Of a DNA stretch of 64,000 nucleotides, positions 34,601-45,900 are shown one piece after another; the stretch's first letter is position 1, and the number at the start of each line of letters is the position of its first letter. The notes under the pieces are model-generated. The model searched no databases and had not been told where the DNA came from. It saw only the letters and a program-made list of their open reading frames with translations. The position numbers and the translations under genes were made by a program. This stretch comes from Magallana gigas (taxonomy: Eukaryota), in the NCBI RefSeq assembly GCF_963853765.1, contig NC_088854.1, positions 186,001 through 250,000 on the forward strand, read 5' to 3'.

Positions 34601-37451
34601 GGTCCTTGTAACAGTTGTTCGTTCAATGAAGTTCCCTGATATCGAGCTGCACAATCGAACACAACTCTCAACTTCCTTTTCTTAGGATGGTATACTCCAT
34701 GATGAGGTAGGTACCACACTTGTCCGTCATCTTGAATAACTTTCTCATCTGGAACTTTGACAGCATATCCTTCTTCAAGAATCTTGTTCATGAATACACA
34801 GTATTCTTTGTGGAAGTTTTCATCGCGACTGAATCGTTTCTGAAGTGAAGACAGTCTTTGTTCAACTTGTTTCCTGTTGTTAGGTAAACACACGTTTTCT
34901 GACTTAAACGGAAGGCTTATAACGTAATGTCCGTCTTCAAAATGAATAGAATTTGACACACATTCTATGAATCTTCTGTCTTCCTTTGAGGGTTCACACT
35001 TGTCATCAATAGTTCTTTCATTAAAGTCATGATTAAACTGATTGCGAATCTGTTCCTCCAAGTTGTTCATTAGTTTTGCATCTACACGATTAACGGACAC
35101 ATATGTATCATTCGAAGTCGCATGAATTTCGAGTGGTCCATTTATCACCCAGCCTAGCAAAGTTTTTACAGCGAATGGTCCATTATCAACACTGGGTATA
35201 ACATCCCAAGGCTCCATTGCCCTAGGCACATCGACTCCAATCAGAATTCCAACATCACTGTCAATCCCGGGAAGTTCAATATCACTGAGATATGGATAGT
35301 TCTCAATATCCTCTGGAGAAATCACATCTGTCCTCGATGCAGGTAAAGTAGGTTGTGTGTAGACCGGAGGAAGTTCCAACACATTCACACCATTGATGTC
35401 GGATATTTCTAACCCGGAAATCACATGAGAAGTCTGAGTATGCTGTTGGCCCATTGTCGTAAGGTTGAGGTTCATCTTCCTTCCCTCCAGTTTTAACAAT
35501 CTTGCAATGTCCTCCAAACAGAATGTTGCATTGCTTCCTGAGTCAAGGAAAGCATATGTTTCCAGGTATTTGTCACTGAACTTTGACTTGACTCTGACCG
35601 GCACAATAGGTAGTGCTTGTTTTCCAGCCCCCATATGAACTGTAGATGACATAGTGAACAAAGGGTTCTCACTGTCAGTATGTTCTCTTGAAGTTGAAGC
35701 TCCATTTGTTCCTTCATTCTGTCGAGGATCAACGTGAAGAATGGATGGATGATACTTCTTACAATGAGCACATGTCATTCTTTGTCGACAATTAGTTTTC
35801 ACATGTCCATATCTCAAGCAAAACACAGTCCATTCGTTTTCAAGAATGCATATCTGTCTTTAAGAGGTAGAATAGTAATGCTCAAACACATGTCCAATGA
35901 ATGGGCTCCATTACAGAATGTACAATGTTTGAAAACTGGTTTCATCTGTGTAGCACTGTTATCATAGAAAGATCTTGTGTTGGTTTTCACAGCAAAGTTT
36001 TTATGTGCTTCTGATTTCTTCTGGTCTTGAAAACGTTTGTTGGCTGAACTGCTCATAATTTCTCTTCCGTATATAGGATCTGTTGCTTTTTTGGCTTCTT
36101 TGCGAAAAAAGTCAGCAAGATGGTGAAACTTCACAACTTGTTTCCTATCTTTCAGTTCATATACACAGCTTCGCCATTTGTCGTGAAGGTAAAATGGTAA
36201 TTTCTTCACTAACAGTTTCAAATTTTCTGAATATTCCAGTACACGACCAGTATCAATGTTTTCAACAGCATATTGACACTCACGCAAAAATATAGCAAAC
36301 TGATCTAAAGTTTTTGCACTGTCCGGTTTTACTGGAGGCCAATCGAGAGCTTTCTTCACATATGCTTGCGCTATAATGTCAGGGTCTCCATAACGATCCT
36401 TCAACTCTTCCAGTGCTGCTTTGTAGCCACGTTCAGCATCCAGATATGAATAACCAGAAACGATTCTTTGTGTTTCACCAACATTAAACTGTAATAGATA
36501 GTTCAACCGTTCTTCGTATGATTCCGTATTAGAACAAATTCTGGCATTGAATTGTCTGAGAAATCTTGTGTAATTCATAGGGTTTCCATCAAACTTCTGT
36601 AGATCAGCTTTTGGTTTGTTCAATTCACGAGCGACAGTCTGTATTTCACTGCTTGGTTCATATATGGGTGTTGACAATTCTGGTCTAACTAAACGTTGCA
36701 CAGATCGATGAGGAATGCGCGGAGTAGAATTGTCACATGTGAACTCATTCTCACGATCAAGATCAAAAGTTACAATTCTGTCTATATTTTCATTGATGAG
36801 GGAGTTTTCTAGTTCTTGGTCACGGAGTTCACTTTTCTCTAATTCTTCCAATAATTTGGATCGTGCATCACTTATCTGAAGTTCAGTTTTAATCTTCAAT
36901 TCTTCTTCTTTCATTTTCAGCTCCAGTTTAGCCGCTTCTAATTTTCGTTGTTCATCTAAAGCTGATGCTTTGGCCAACAGTTCTGCTTTTCGTTGACTTT
37001 CTTTTAATTTCTCGAGTGAAATTTGACTTGAAGTTTTCGATGCACTCGACAGTCTCGATTTCACATCAGATGGTATTTTCTTTGGAGTCGGTTGCATTGA
37101 ATGTTTCGCGAACCACTGTTCTACAGAATCTTTCACTTTATGAAATCGGGAATTCCTGTCCTGAAATTCTTTGTCATCACTTTCTCCACTTCCGGTAGAA
37201 AGTTTCAATAAGCCCTGAAGACTTTCATGTGTAAATAAAAGTTCATCGTAAACTTTCAGCCAATTCTTGTACAGTTCTTTGACTTCATTCACATCTGTTG
37301 ATGTTGTCAATAATTCTTCGATATCCTCACTCAAAGACACCAGTTTATTTTCACATCCCCGACGATACTTAGACTTACGATCGAGATGATATTCTAAACC
37401 TTTCTCGGTATGAGTTCTAGGTCTTGTCTCTCCCGTAGCACCATCCGCCAT
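31675..37451 (-). pseudogene. BEL/Pao gag-pol polyprotein, disrupted
   Basis: Gag with Cys/His knuckles (CTFCNGAHSLDMC), protease AFLDSGS, RT YLPHHGVYHP...YVDD, RNase H LHHFADAS, integrase VDYFGP/SDNG/GGVWER. Frameshift at ~35820 and in-frame stops at 34549-34551 (TAG), 33679-33681 (TGA) and 32296-32298 (TAA). Confidence 0.95.
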
Positions 37452-37499
37452 GACGAAGTACAGCTTCTTTAGGGACAAGATCTTCTAAGTTGTTAATGT

Positions 37500-38318
37500 T
37501 GTACTAACTACCATCAAGGAAGAGTCAACTTGTTGCTAATGTACATCTTTATTCAGTCATTGTATAACTAGAATGATGATTTACGACATGATGACGTGAC
37601 TTGATGTAATGACACGTGATGTGACTAGATGTGATTAACTGGAAAAACAAAGAAAACATACATAAGTTTTGATGCTATGAATAAACAAACAAAACACACT
37701 CAGCATATGACAAATATCACTCTAGTAAATATATATGCCCCTGTTCTTGTAAACAATACTTTCACTTATATATATGCTCTAGTAAATTAGCAAATATTAC
37801 GAAACTCGTACTACTAGCAAATTACACAATTCAAAATGAATATATATGTACGCCTATGGTAGAGTACACAAAACATCGCATCCAAACAATAAAACCTTAA
37901 ATTCCGATATATCATACAATAGAAACATGCTACGATGATACTTATAGCTTTAAATTTATATAACATTCTAGATATATCCCTTGTGCCAACATTCTAACAT
38001 GTTACTAAAAATACATCTTCACAGTTGAACACTTTTGTTTACACATTTATATCTATCGTTTATACATAACTTTCTGCACAAAACAATACACAAGCAGATT
38101 TCATGTTAACTTACCAACTTAGAAGTTTTCTCTCGTAGAAACAAACATAGTAAACATGGTAAATGTAAATGGTGTTCAGCACAGGGACTAGGAAAAAATC
38201 TAAACTGCTCGTTCCCCGCGAAAAATCCTAATAACAAAACCAAATCCGGAAATCCGGAATATTCTAAAATTCAAACTCAATCCGGAAAAATGTATATAAT
38301 GTTAAATTGGCTATAACA
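37500..38318 (-). repeat. 5' LTR (819 bp)
   Basis: TGTACTAACTACC...GGCTATAACA. Matches 30689-31505. Confidence 0.95.
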
Positions 38319-38897
38319 GTTGATATTACGTAGATGTATGAAAACAAGAACAAAGTATGTGATATTTTCCTTAATTTCATGTTTATTTCGATTGGTAGTA
38401 TGTCAAAATAGGGAAATGTCCCATACCAGTCTAAGACTAATTTCAGATAATAAAACTCTGGTTAAAGCTACATTGATTATTCAAAAAGAAGGATAAATTC
38501 GTTTAACTGTTATGTCTTTGCTTTAATAGCAAAAAGCAAATTAAGTCCAATAGCTTAACCACTCTGTTATGGAGATTGTCGATTGATGTAGTCGATATAA
38601 TCATTTTAATAAAACCATATGGCTTTTCAAATTGAAGTCAGCCATCTAGATGTATGCGTAGACTTCGTAATTGAAAGGTACACGGAATTACATTTCACCT
38701 TTAGCTGCAAAGAATCAAATTTATAAGTTAATGTAACGTGTGTCTATACCCTACCTATGTTTTGATTAAAAAAATGTATAAAAATATGCTTGATTTTATT
38801 GTTTATTTTGATAGAGAGTAGTCATAATATGAAAATGTCCCTCCTGAGTCTGCAATATAAATCTCACATATAACGCCAACGCCTATCAGTACTTCGA

Positions 38898-39140
38898 TTA
38901 ATAGATGACCCAGGTGTTTACCCAAAATACTTTTATCTTTATTGCTCGAAAATCGTGGAATCCAGACTGCTTTTAATGCTTGAAATTTTAAAAGTACATC
39001 AACAAAAACCTGCCCCACTCTCTTCTGTTTTTCCAATTATTGTTTTTCGTTTAATTCAATCTTTATTAATTATTATTCTATATGAAGTTAAACATATGGC
39101 CATACAATTTTTAAATTACATTTTCATTTGGTACTGGTAA
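38898..39140 (-). pseudogene. L1/Tx1 LINE ORF2 fragment, proximal part
   Basis: ...IKRKTII...FQALKAVWIPRFSSNKDKSILGKHLGHLL, resembling the KIKR / ALK-WI-R motifs after the RT domain. Confidence 0.65.
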
Positions 39141-39215
39141 GATTGATGCCACGTATATAAATTTACTTACACCTAATGTGTTGACAATTTCAGTTTTACC
39201 AAAAATTGTGAGTTA

Positions 39216-39670
39216 GGCCTCACCCTACCCCCGGGCATCATGATTTGAACAAACTTGAATCTACATTACCTGAAGATGCTTCTACACAAGTTACAGCTTT
39301 TCTGTCTGATCAGTTTCAGAAAAGATGATTTTTAAAAATTTACTCAATATCTTCATAATCAAAAATTTGACAACCCCCCCCCCCCCATTGTGGCCCCACC
39401 CTATCCCCGAGGATCATGATTTGAATAAACTTGAATCTATGCTACGTGAGGATGCTTCAACAAAACTTACAGCTTTTCTGGTTTTCAATTATCTCCCCTT
39501 GAAGGGAGCGTGGCCCTTAATTTTAACAAACTAACTTAAATCCCCTCTACCTAAGAGTGTTTTGTGCCAAGTTTGGTTGAAATCGGTCTCGTTGAAAATG
39601 TTTAAGGACGGACAATGGACAAAAAGTGATCAGAAAAGCTCACTTAAGCTTTGAGCTCAGGTGAGCTAAA
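39216..39670 (+). mobile_element. Helentron/HINE 3' fragment
   Basis: Repeated CATGATTTGAA(C/T)AAACTTGAATCTA subunits, GGAC microsatellite, and terminal AGAAAAGCTCAC...GAGCTCAGGTGAGCTAAA. Confidence 0.7.
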
Positions 39671-40481
39671 GAAATTTACTATTTTGATGTCACAACATCT
39701 ATTCCGGTTTGGGTTTACCTTGTATATAATCTACACGGTGCTATGAAATAAACACTGGATTATGCTTTCTGTTTCTCAAGTAATCAACTAAATAAGAATC
39801 CATGATGATGTTTATGTTCACATGTCATTGAATAAATGATCGCCGTTTTTCTGTCTGTTAATTGTTATTAACCATATTCCAACTGATTAAGTATGATATA
39901 ATTGTAATCAGGTAATTTTTAATTCCATTCACTTTTCCTTAAATTCAAAATTACCATGTCAAAATAATCACAGTAGCCATTTTCTTCGTAATTTGGCATT
40001 TGTTTACAATAACTGTAGATTCCTAATCAAACGCTAGGAATTAATATCGACAAAAATCTCATGAAACACTCCTCCATGATTTTAAAATTTCGCTTTTATT
40101 TTTCTGTGAGTTGAGAACTATAAGAGATAATGATAAAAGTTCCACATTCGCAATTTTATATCCACCTGTTTATATACAAAACAGAGAGATCGCGAAATAT
40201 GAACATTTTTTGTGAAAAAGACACCAATTTATATGAGAACTGCCATTCCTTTTTCTTTGGTCAACAAAGCATCAGTATTAGCTAATTATGATATTTGCTC
40301 TAAACTAACAAGTTAAGAAATATATGGAACCCCAAACAGAAAAAATAGCCTACGGGATCATATCAATGACTTGTGTGTAAATCATGGTTTTGAGATGATT
40401 TCGGTATAGGAAAATTTCACATGCAAATGAGATAATGGATCACGATTCTCGGATGATCTGTTAAACTAAAAACATTGCAAG

Positions 40482-40777
40482 AAAACCATGGCCCTGGTAT
40501 GATCCGTTGTAACAAACAACTCATATCAAAACCATGATCCTGGTATGATCTGTTGTGACTAACAACTCGTATCAAAACCATGGTCCTGGTATGATCTGTT
40601 GTAACTAACATCAAAACCATGGTCCTGGTATGATCTGTTGTAACAAACAACTCATATCAAAACCATGATCCTGGTATGATCTGTTGTGACTAACAACTCG
40701 TATCAAAACCATGGTCCTGGTATGATCTGTTGTAACTAACAACTCGTATCAAAACCATGATCCTTATATGACCTGTT
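40482..40777. repeat. 46-bp minisatellite, ~7 units with 3-unit higher-order pattern
   Basis: AAAACCATG(G/A)TCCTGGTATGATCTGTTGT units at 40482, 40528, 40574, 40613, 40659, 40705 and 40751. Confidence 0.92.
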
Positions 40778-41789
40778 AAAGGACAATAATTATTATACAA
40801 TGATTTCTTACAGAAAAAAATGAACACTTGATTTATAATTTGTAACAGATTATTATATTCTTTTAATATTGTCAATTACCAAATATGAAAAATAGTATAC
40901 ATTACAAGTCACATGAACTGTATCGTTAAACCAATATAATCTGAATTGGAACACAGGATCTAAGCCCTCCATAATTTAGATGATAATTATACTGTTATTT
41001 CAAACTCCTCTAGCAATTATTACATGAATTGTTCAAATTAAAATATTACATATGCATTTCAAAACCTAACTGCAGATCTGTAGCTCCCGGTCTGAACTAA
41101 TGATACATTTACATCCATGCATTAGTTGTTTGCTTCAATTAATAAATCACTTGATAGTGTATTGTAAATTAGTCCTTATAAAATATAATTTACCTCAAGT
41201 GAATAAGAATATATTCCCCCCAAAATACTTCCATAAATTCCCTTTATAAATATGCCAAGATAGAGCTAGATGCCCAACAATAACAAATTTTCCTGACAAG
41301 TACATCATAATTAGGCTCCAAGATGGAACATTCAAAATTTGCGACTCAACTTCCTGTTATGCAGAAATCTTAATTCTTAGTGGTCATTTTATCTGACATT
41401 AACAAATCATTTCAAACGCATCCTCTGTTGCCTTCTAAGATAATAGCACATACCAGAATCACAAGAAAATCATAACAGATTCAAAACCAAGAAACAAACC
41501 ACAATAGGATCATACTTCCTTATTTTGTCACCTATGATTTGGGTATGATTCATTAAATGGATCATGTCTAAATCATACAGCAAAACCATAAATTTGTGAG
41601 TTTGATATGATTTTTTAAGTGATTTTGATATGATTTCTTAGGTAAACTTTTTGTTTGGAACAATATAGACTTGATATTTTGCCTTTGATTTTTTGCTAAA
41701 TCACAAACCAATGACTTAAAAGAATGTTTGTCGACTTGAAGATTTATTTTACGAGAGTACTTGATGTACCCTCATAACATACTTTGAAA

Positions 41790-42042
41790 ATAATTTCAAA
41801 GAGCAATAACTTGGCCCAAAATTTTACCTACTTCGAAAAAAATGTCAAAGTGGGTTGATTGGTCCCAAATTCAAAGTGCATAATTTTTTCAATGTGTGAT
41901 GCCTTGGTACCAAGTGCCAATTTGGTTTTAATCTCCTGTAGTTCTGGAGAAGATGATGAAAATGTGAAAAGTTGACGACAACAGACAATCAAAACAGTTT
42001 GATTAGAAAAGCTCACTTCAACCTTCAGCTTAGGTGAGCTAA
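41790..42042 (+). mobile_element. Helentron/HINE 3' fragment
   Basis: GAC microsatellite-like stretch, then AGAAAAGCTCACTTCAACCTTCAGCTTAGGTGAGCTAA. Confidence 0.6.
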
Positions 42043-42132
42043 CAACATCAGGTGCCTGTGGTTCACTCGTGCACTGAATGAGTGGATGTGATAATATAAT
42101 ATTTTGTTATACAGCTTTAATTAATTTTGAGT

Positions 42133-42352
42133 AAGAATACACCATTATGCAAGGAGCACAAGTTTTAAATGTTAGAAGGCTAAATTGCACAAAATGTAAA
42201 ATAGCACCATTTAAATGTAGGTTTTAAAATCATCAAAATATGAAGAATACACCATTATGCAAGGAGCACAAGTTTTAAATGTTAGAAGGCTAAATTGCAC
42301 AAAATGTAAAATAGCACCATTTAAATGTAGGTTTTAAAATCATCAAAATATG
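42133..42352. repeat. 110-bp perfect tandem duplication
   Basis: AAGAATACACCATTATGCAAGG... at 42133 and 42243. Confidence 0.95.
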
Positions 42353-42963
42353 TCGTAGCTATGTTTTTCTGCCACGACAAATTAATTGATAGGTAGTGGT
42401 ATGATTTAAATTTTTTTCTGAAGATAATATAGATAATTGATTGAAATTTACTTTTACATTATATTAAGCCATTATTTTGAGAATTTGAGAAAATATTTCA
42501 TAAAATCAATTTCAAGGGTGTCTCATACCACCTAAAACACTGGTATTTTGAAATATATACAGTGTATTACATAATATGAATATTAATATTTAAAACACTA
42601 AGACGCATGTTTCTTCCTCGATAAATTGCAACTAATAAAATCATGACGTTTATAGATACATGAAATTAAATGACGTTTATAGATACATAAAATTAATCAT
42701 CAATAAATAGAAAATTAAAATGAATATAACTATAACGATTACTGTACAACAACTTGCATACAAGACATAAAAATCATACATATTGTTACAATATATCACT
42801 AGATTTTTTTGTCATAATATTTCAATATTTAGTTTTCAATAGAAATAAGACTGATAATATGATTGTTGTGAGCTGAATTAGGAAAGATTCAGTACAATGA
42901 ACCATGCATTCCTTCACATCGTCCGTTAACACTGATTGTCGGGTGTATTAGCTATCTGTTGGT

Positions 42964-45900
42964 CTACTTTGGAGTGACATGTTTAAGTCCTAAAGCCTCT
43001 GTAGCAATCTCCTGGATTTTATATTTCTGAACCTTGCCTGTCACAGTCAGTGGAAATTCTGTCACAATAGATATATATTTGGGAACCTTATATCTGGCTA
43101 GCTGTAAGTACAAATACACAAACATGTTAGTTTGTAGAAATTCTCCTCCTAAGAACAACAACCAATGTATATGTTATATCGATCAACTGAGCAACAATGT
43201 CCAACTTTAACCCAAGGAGCTTATTTATACAACGACATGTGAGTGTGTCTATACCCCCAACACTGAATTACAAATCAACATAATTAAAGTGTTTTGTTAA
43301 AAAAAAGTAGAGATAGAGCTTCTACATCCATATTGTTATATATTTTGCAACATGATGGTCACAATTTAACAGCCCAGTAGCCACATCACTCACCTGAGTA
43401 ACAATAGCCATAATTCTAACCTAATCAGCAGTTTATGGTATCAAATACAAAATGTTATATAATTTAGTACATTAGGCTTTCAAGAAGAGATTTTCAAATA
43501 TTTCCCAACACATTATCAAATTTGTCCCCATTTTGTTGCTTTAGTTTTTGTTGAGAAGATTTACCGGTAAAAGAATTTTTTTGTGTGAATTCAACCCTTC
43601 ATTGTGACCAGCCTATCCAAGATATCATGATTTAAACAAACTTCAATCTACACTACCTCATGATGCTTTAACACATATTCAGCTATTTGATTAAATTATT
43701 TAGAGAAGACATTTTCAAAAAAATCGGATCCCATAGAGCTAGCTGCACAGCAATGACATGATTTATCTGTACAATATTTTATAATCAATAATGAAATACC
43801 CCCCCCCCCCCCCAACACAAACACCACCACTTTCATACCTTTTCTTTACAGTAGGACTTGATTTCATCTTCAGAAATTGACTGGTTCTCCTTAACTTGTA
43901 TCCAGGCACATATCTCTTCCCCGAGTCTTTCATCTGGTACCCCAACCACCTGATAGAGAAATAACAGTCTATCCATTCATCACTATTAACAGCACCAGTA
44001 TTTATCTGAAACAATTCTTGAAATTTGAAAAAATGCAGTAGAAAGTAGTACTTAAAGAGACAAGAATAAACTATACCTGTACATCTTTGACCTTTGGATG
44101 CTTGTAAATCAGCTGTTCTATTTCAGTTGGATAAACATTTTCCCCACCTCTGATGATCATATCTTTAATCCTACCAACAATTTTACAGAAACCATCTTCA
44201 TCCATCTGTGCAATATCTCTAAAAAAAAATAAGGCAATAAACACTGCACAGAGAATACTTCACTGTTATCAGTAGCTATGGTTTGTTACAATGCTGACTC
44301 ATTCCTGACATGAGATAAAATCAGTGTTCACTGTTCAAAATCAAAAGTCCAAAGGAAAAAATACAAAACATGAGCTGAGCAAACATGGACCTCTAAAAAT
44401 ATTTGAGGTAGGATCAGGTGCCATGGTGGAATGAGCATCCTTTGCTGACTGGTCACACCCGCCCTCTCAGTCGTAATCGGGAAAAACGTAAAAATCTGTG
44501 GACAACTAGATGATTAATTAAGGGAGCCATCTATCTTTGAGTCTGTATGTTCAAGGAAGATTTAAGCAATAAAATATTTTCTTTGCATTGAAGACACAGT
44601 ACAGAATTATTCAAATTGTTTGCATAATCTTATTGTATGAATGATCTGTGAATAAGTCATCAGGCATACCCTGTATGAACCATCTGTTAATATGTCTTAT
44701 AAATACCATGTAAGAACCACCTATTTACAGGTCAAATACTCTGTATTGATCGACAAGACTAAGTCTAAAGACCCCTTGACCTACCCTGTATGGTACCATC
44801 TATCTAAGCTGATTGCTTCTTTTGTTTTGGTTGGTTCATCCCAGTAATAAAGCATTGTGTTGTATCCCCGAGTACACAGCTCACCAGGAGTACCTATAGG
44901 ACAGATCTCCCCATTCTCTGCTATCACTTTACACTGACAACAAATCACACAACAAAACATGTCATTCTCTCTCAAAACTTTTCTCAAAAAAAAATATTCT
45001 AATCTAATTAAGTTGTAGTAATGCTGAATACATTGGAACAGAAGTTTTGTAAACAATAAATATTTTGAGGCTCTCAGAATGAATAACAGTATTATCTATA
45101 TCAATAAAAAGCAAAATGCTCACCTCAACATGACTGTGAGGTTTACCAACAGTGGCAACCCGTTTTTCTGCAGGATCTGTTGGGAAGCTCTGATGTGTAA
45201 CTGGACTTGTCTCTGTCAACCCATAACATACCTAAACCAAATAGAGGACATATTTCTCTCAAATGAAGCGTTAATGTAATGTAAGAGCTAAATCTTGGTT
45301 TCAAAAACCCCTAATTATTTTTTTAAATCATTCAAATGAGAAAACATATTCTCAATGCTTTGGATTTCAGCATGTCTACTTTAAAACACTAAGATCCTCT
45401 ATTATGATTTGTATTGCAATACATGTATGAATTCAAATAACATAAATTTGCCAATATAAAAAATTGATTTTTCATTTCAAACTGCCATGATACTCTAGTA
45501 AACATGGCTCTAGTAATTGCTTGATAAGTAGAGGGTGAGGCCCTAGAGCGTTTTGCATAACCTTCCTGACACTTCAAACTCTATTTGTGGCTTTTAAGAG
45601 TCAACTTTGATTCACTAAAGCTGCTATCTTTAGTTTTTAATTATGCAAGCCTTTAAACAGCATTGTAAAATACAGTGTATTTCATAAATTATTTCCTAAA
45701 AAATTATTTTGATTCAGTTCTTGAAATTGAATACAATAAACAAATAACCCATAGAATTAATCTAAAGTTTTGGAAAAAAATTAGCAATAATTAATAAATC
45801 TTAGAACAGCATATCATTGTTTGTGCATTTAGATACCTTTAAATGATTTCTTTTGAAAAATTAGCATTTGTATTCAGTCTGTTGAATTTAACTTGAACAT

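Larger units (their letters stand above)
30689..38318 (-). mobile_element. Full-length BEL/Pao LTR retrotransposon
   Basis: LTRs 30689-31505 and 37500-38318 (TG...CA). 5-bp TSD GTTGA (30684-30688 and 38319-38323). PPT AGGGGGCTGGAT next to the 3' LTR. Gag-PR-RT-RH-IN domain order. Confidence 0.96.
30615..38897 (-). mobile_element. ~650-bp rolling-circle-like (Helitron/Helentron-like) insertion in the LINE, itself interrupted by the BEL element
   Basis: Removing this interval rejoins the LINE frame (GHLL|KSNN). On the minus strand it starts TC and ends with hairpin GTGGCT-ATTTAG-AGCCAC then CGTCTAA. Inserted in a T-run with no clear TSD. The class assignment is tentative. Confidence 0.5.

Noticed and set aside
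35814-35826. Programmed gag/pol ribosomal frameshift in the BEL element
   Set aside because: BEL/Pao elements normally have one ORF. The break falls inside a Cys knuckle and is explained by a 4-nt deletion.
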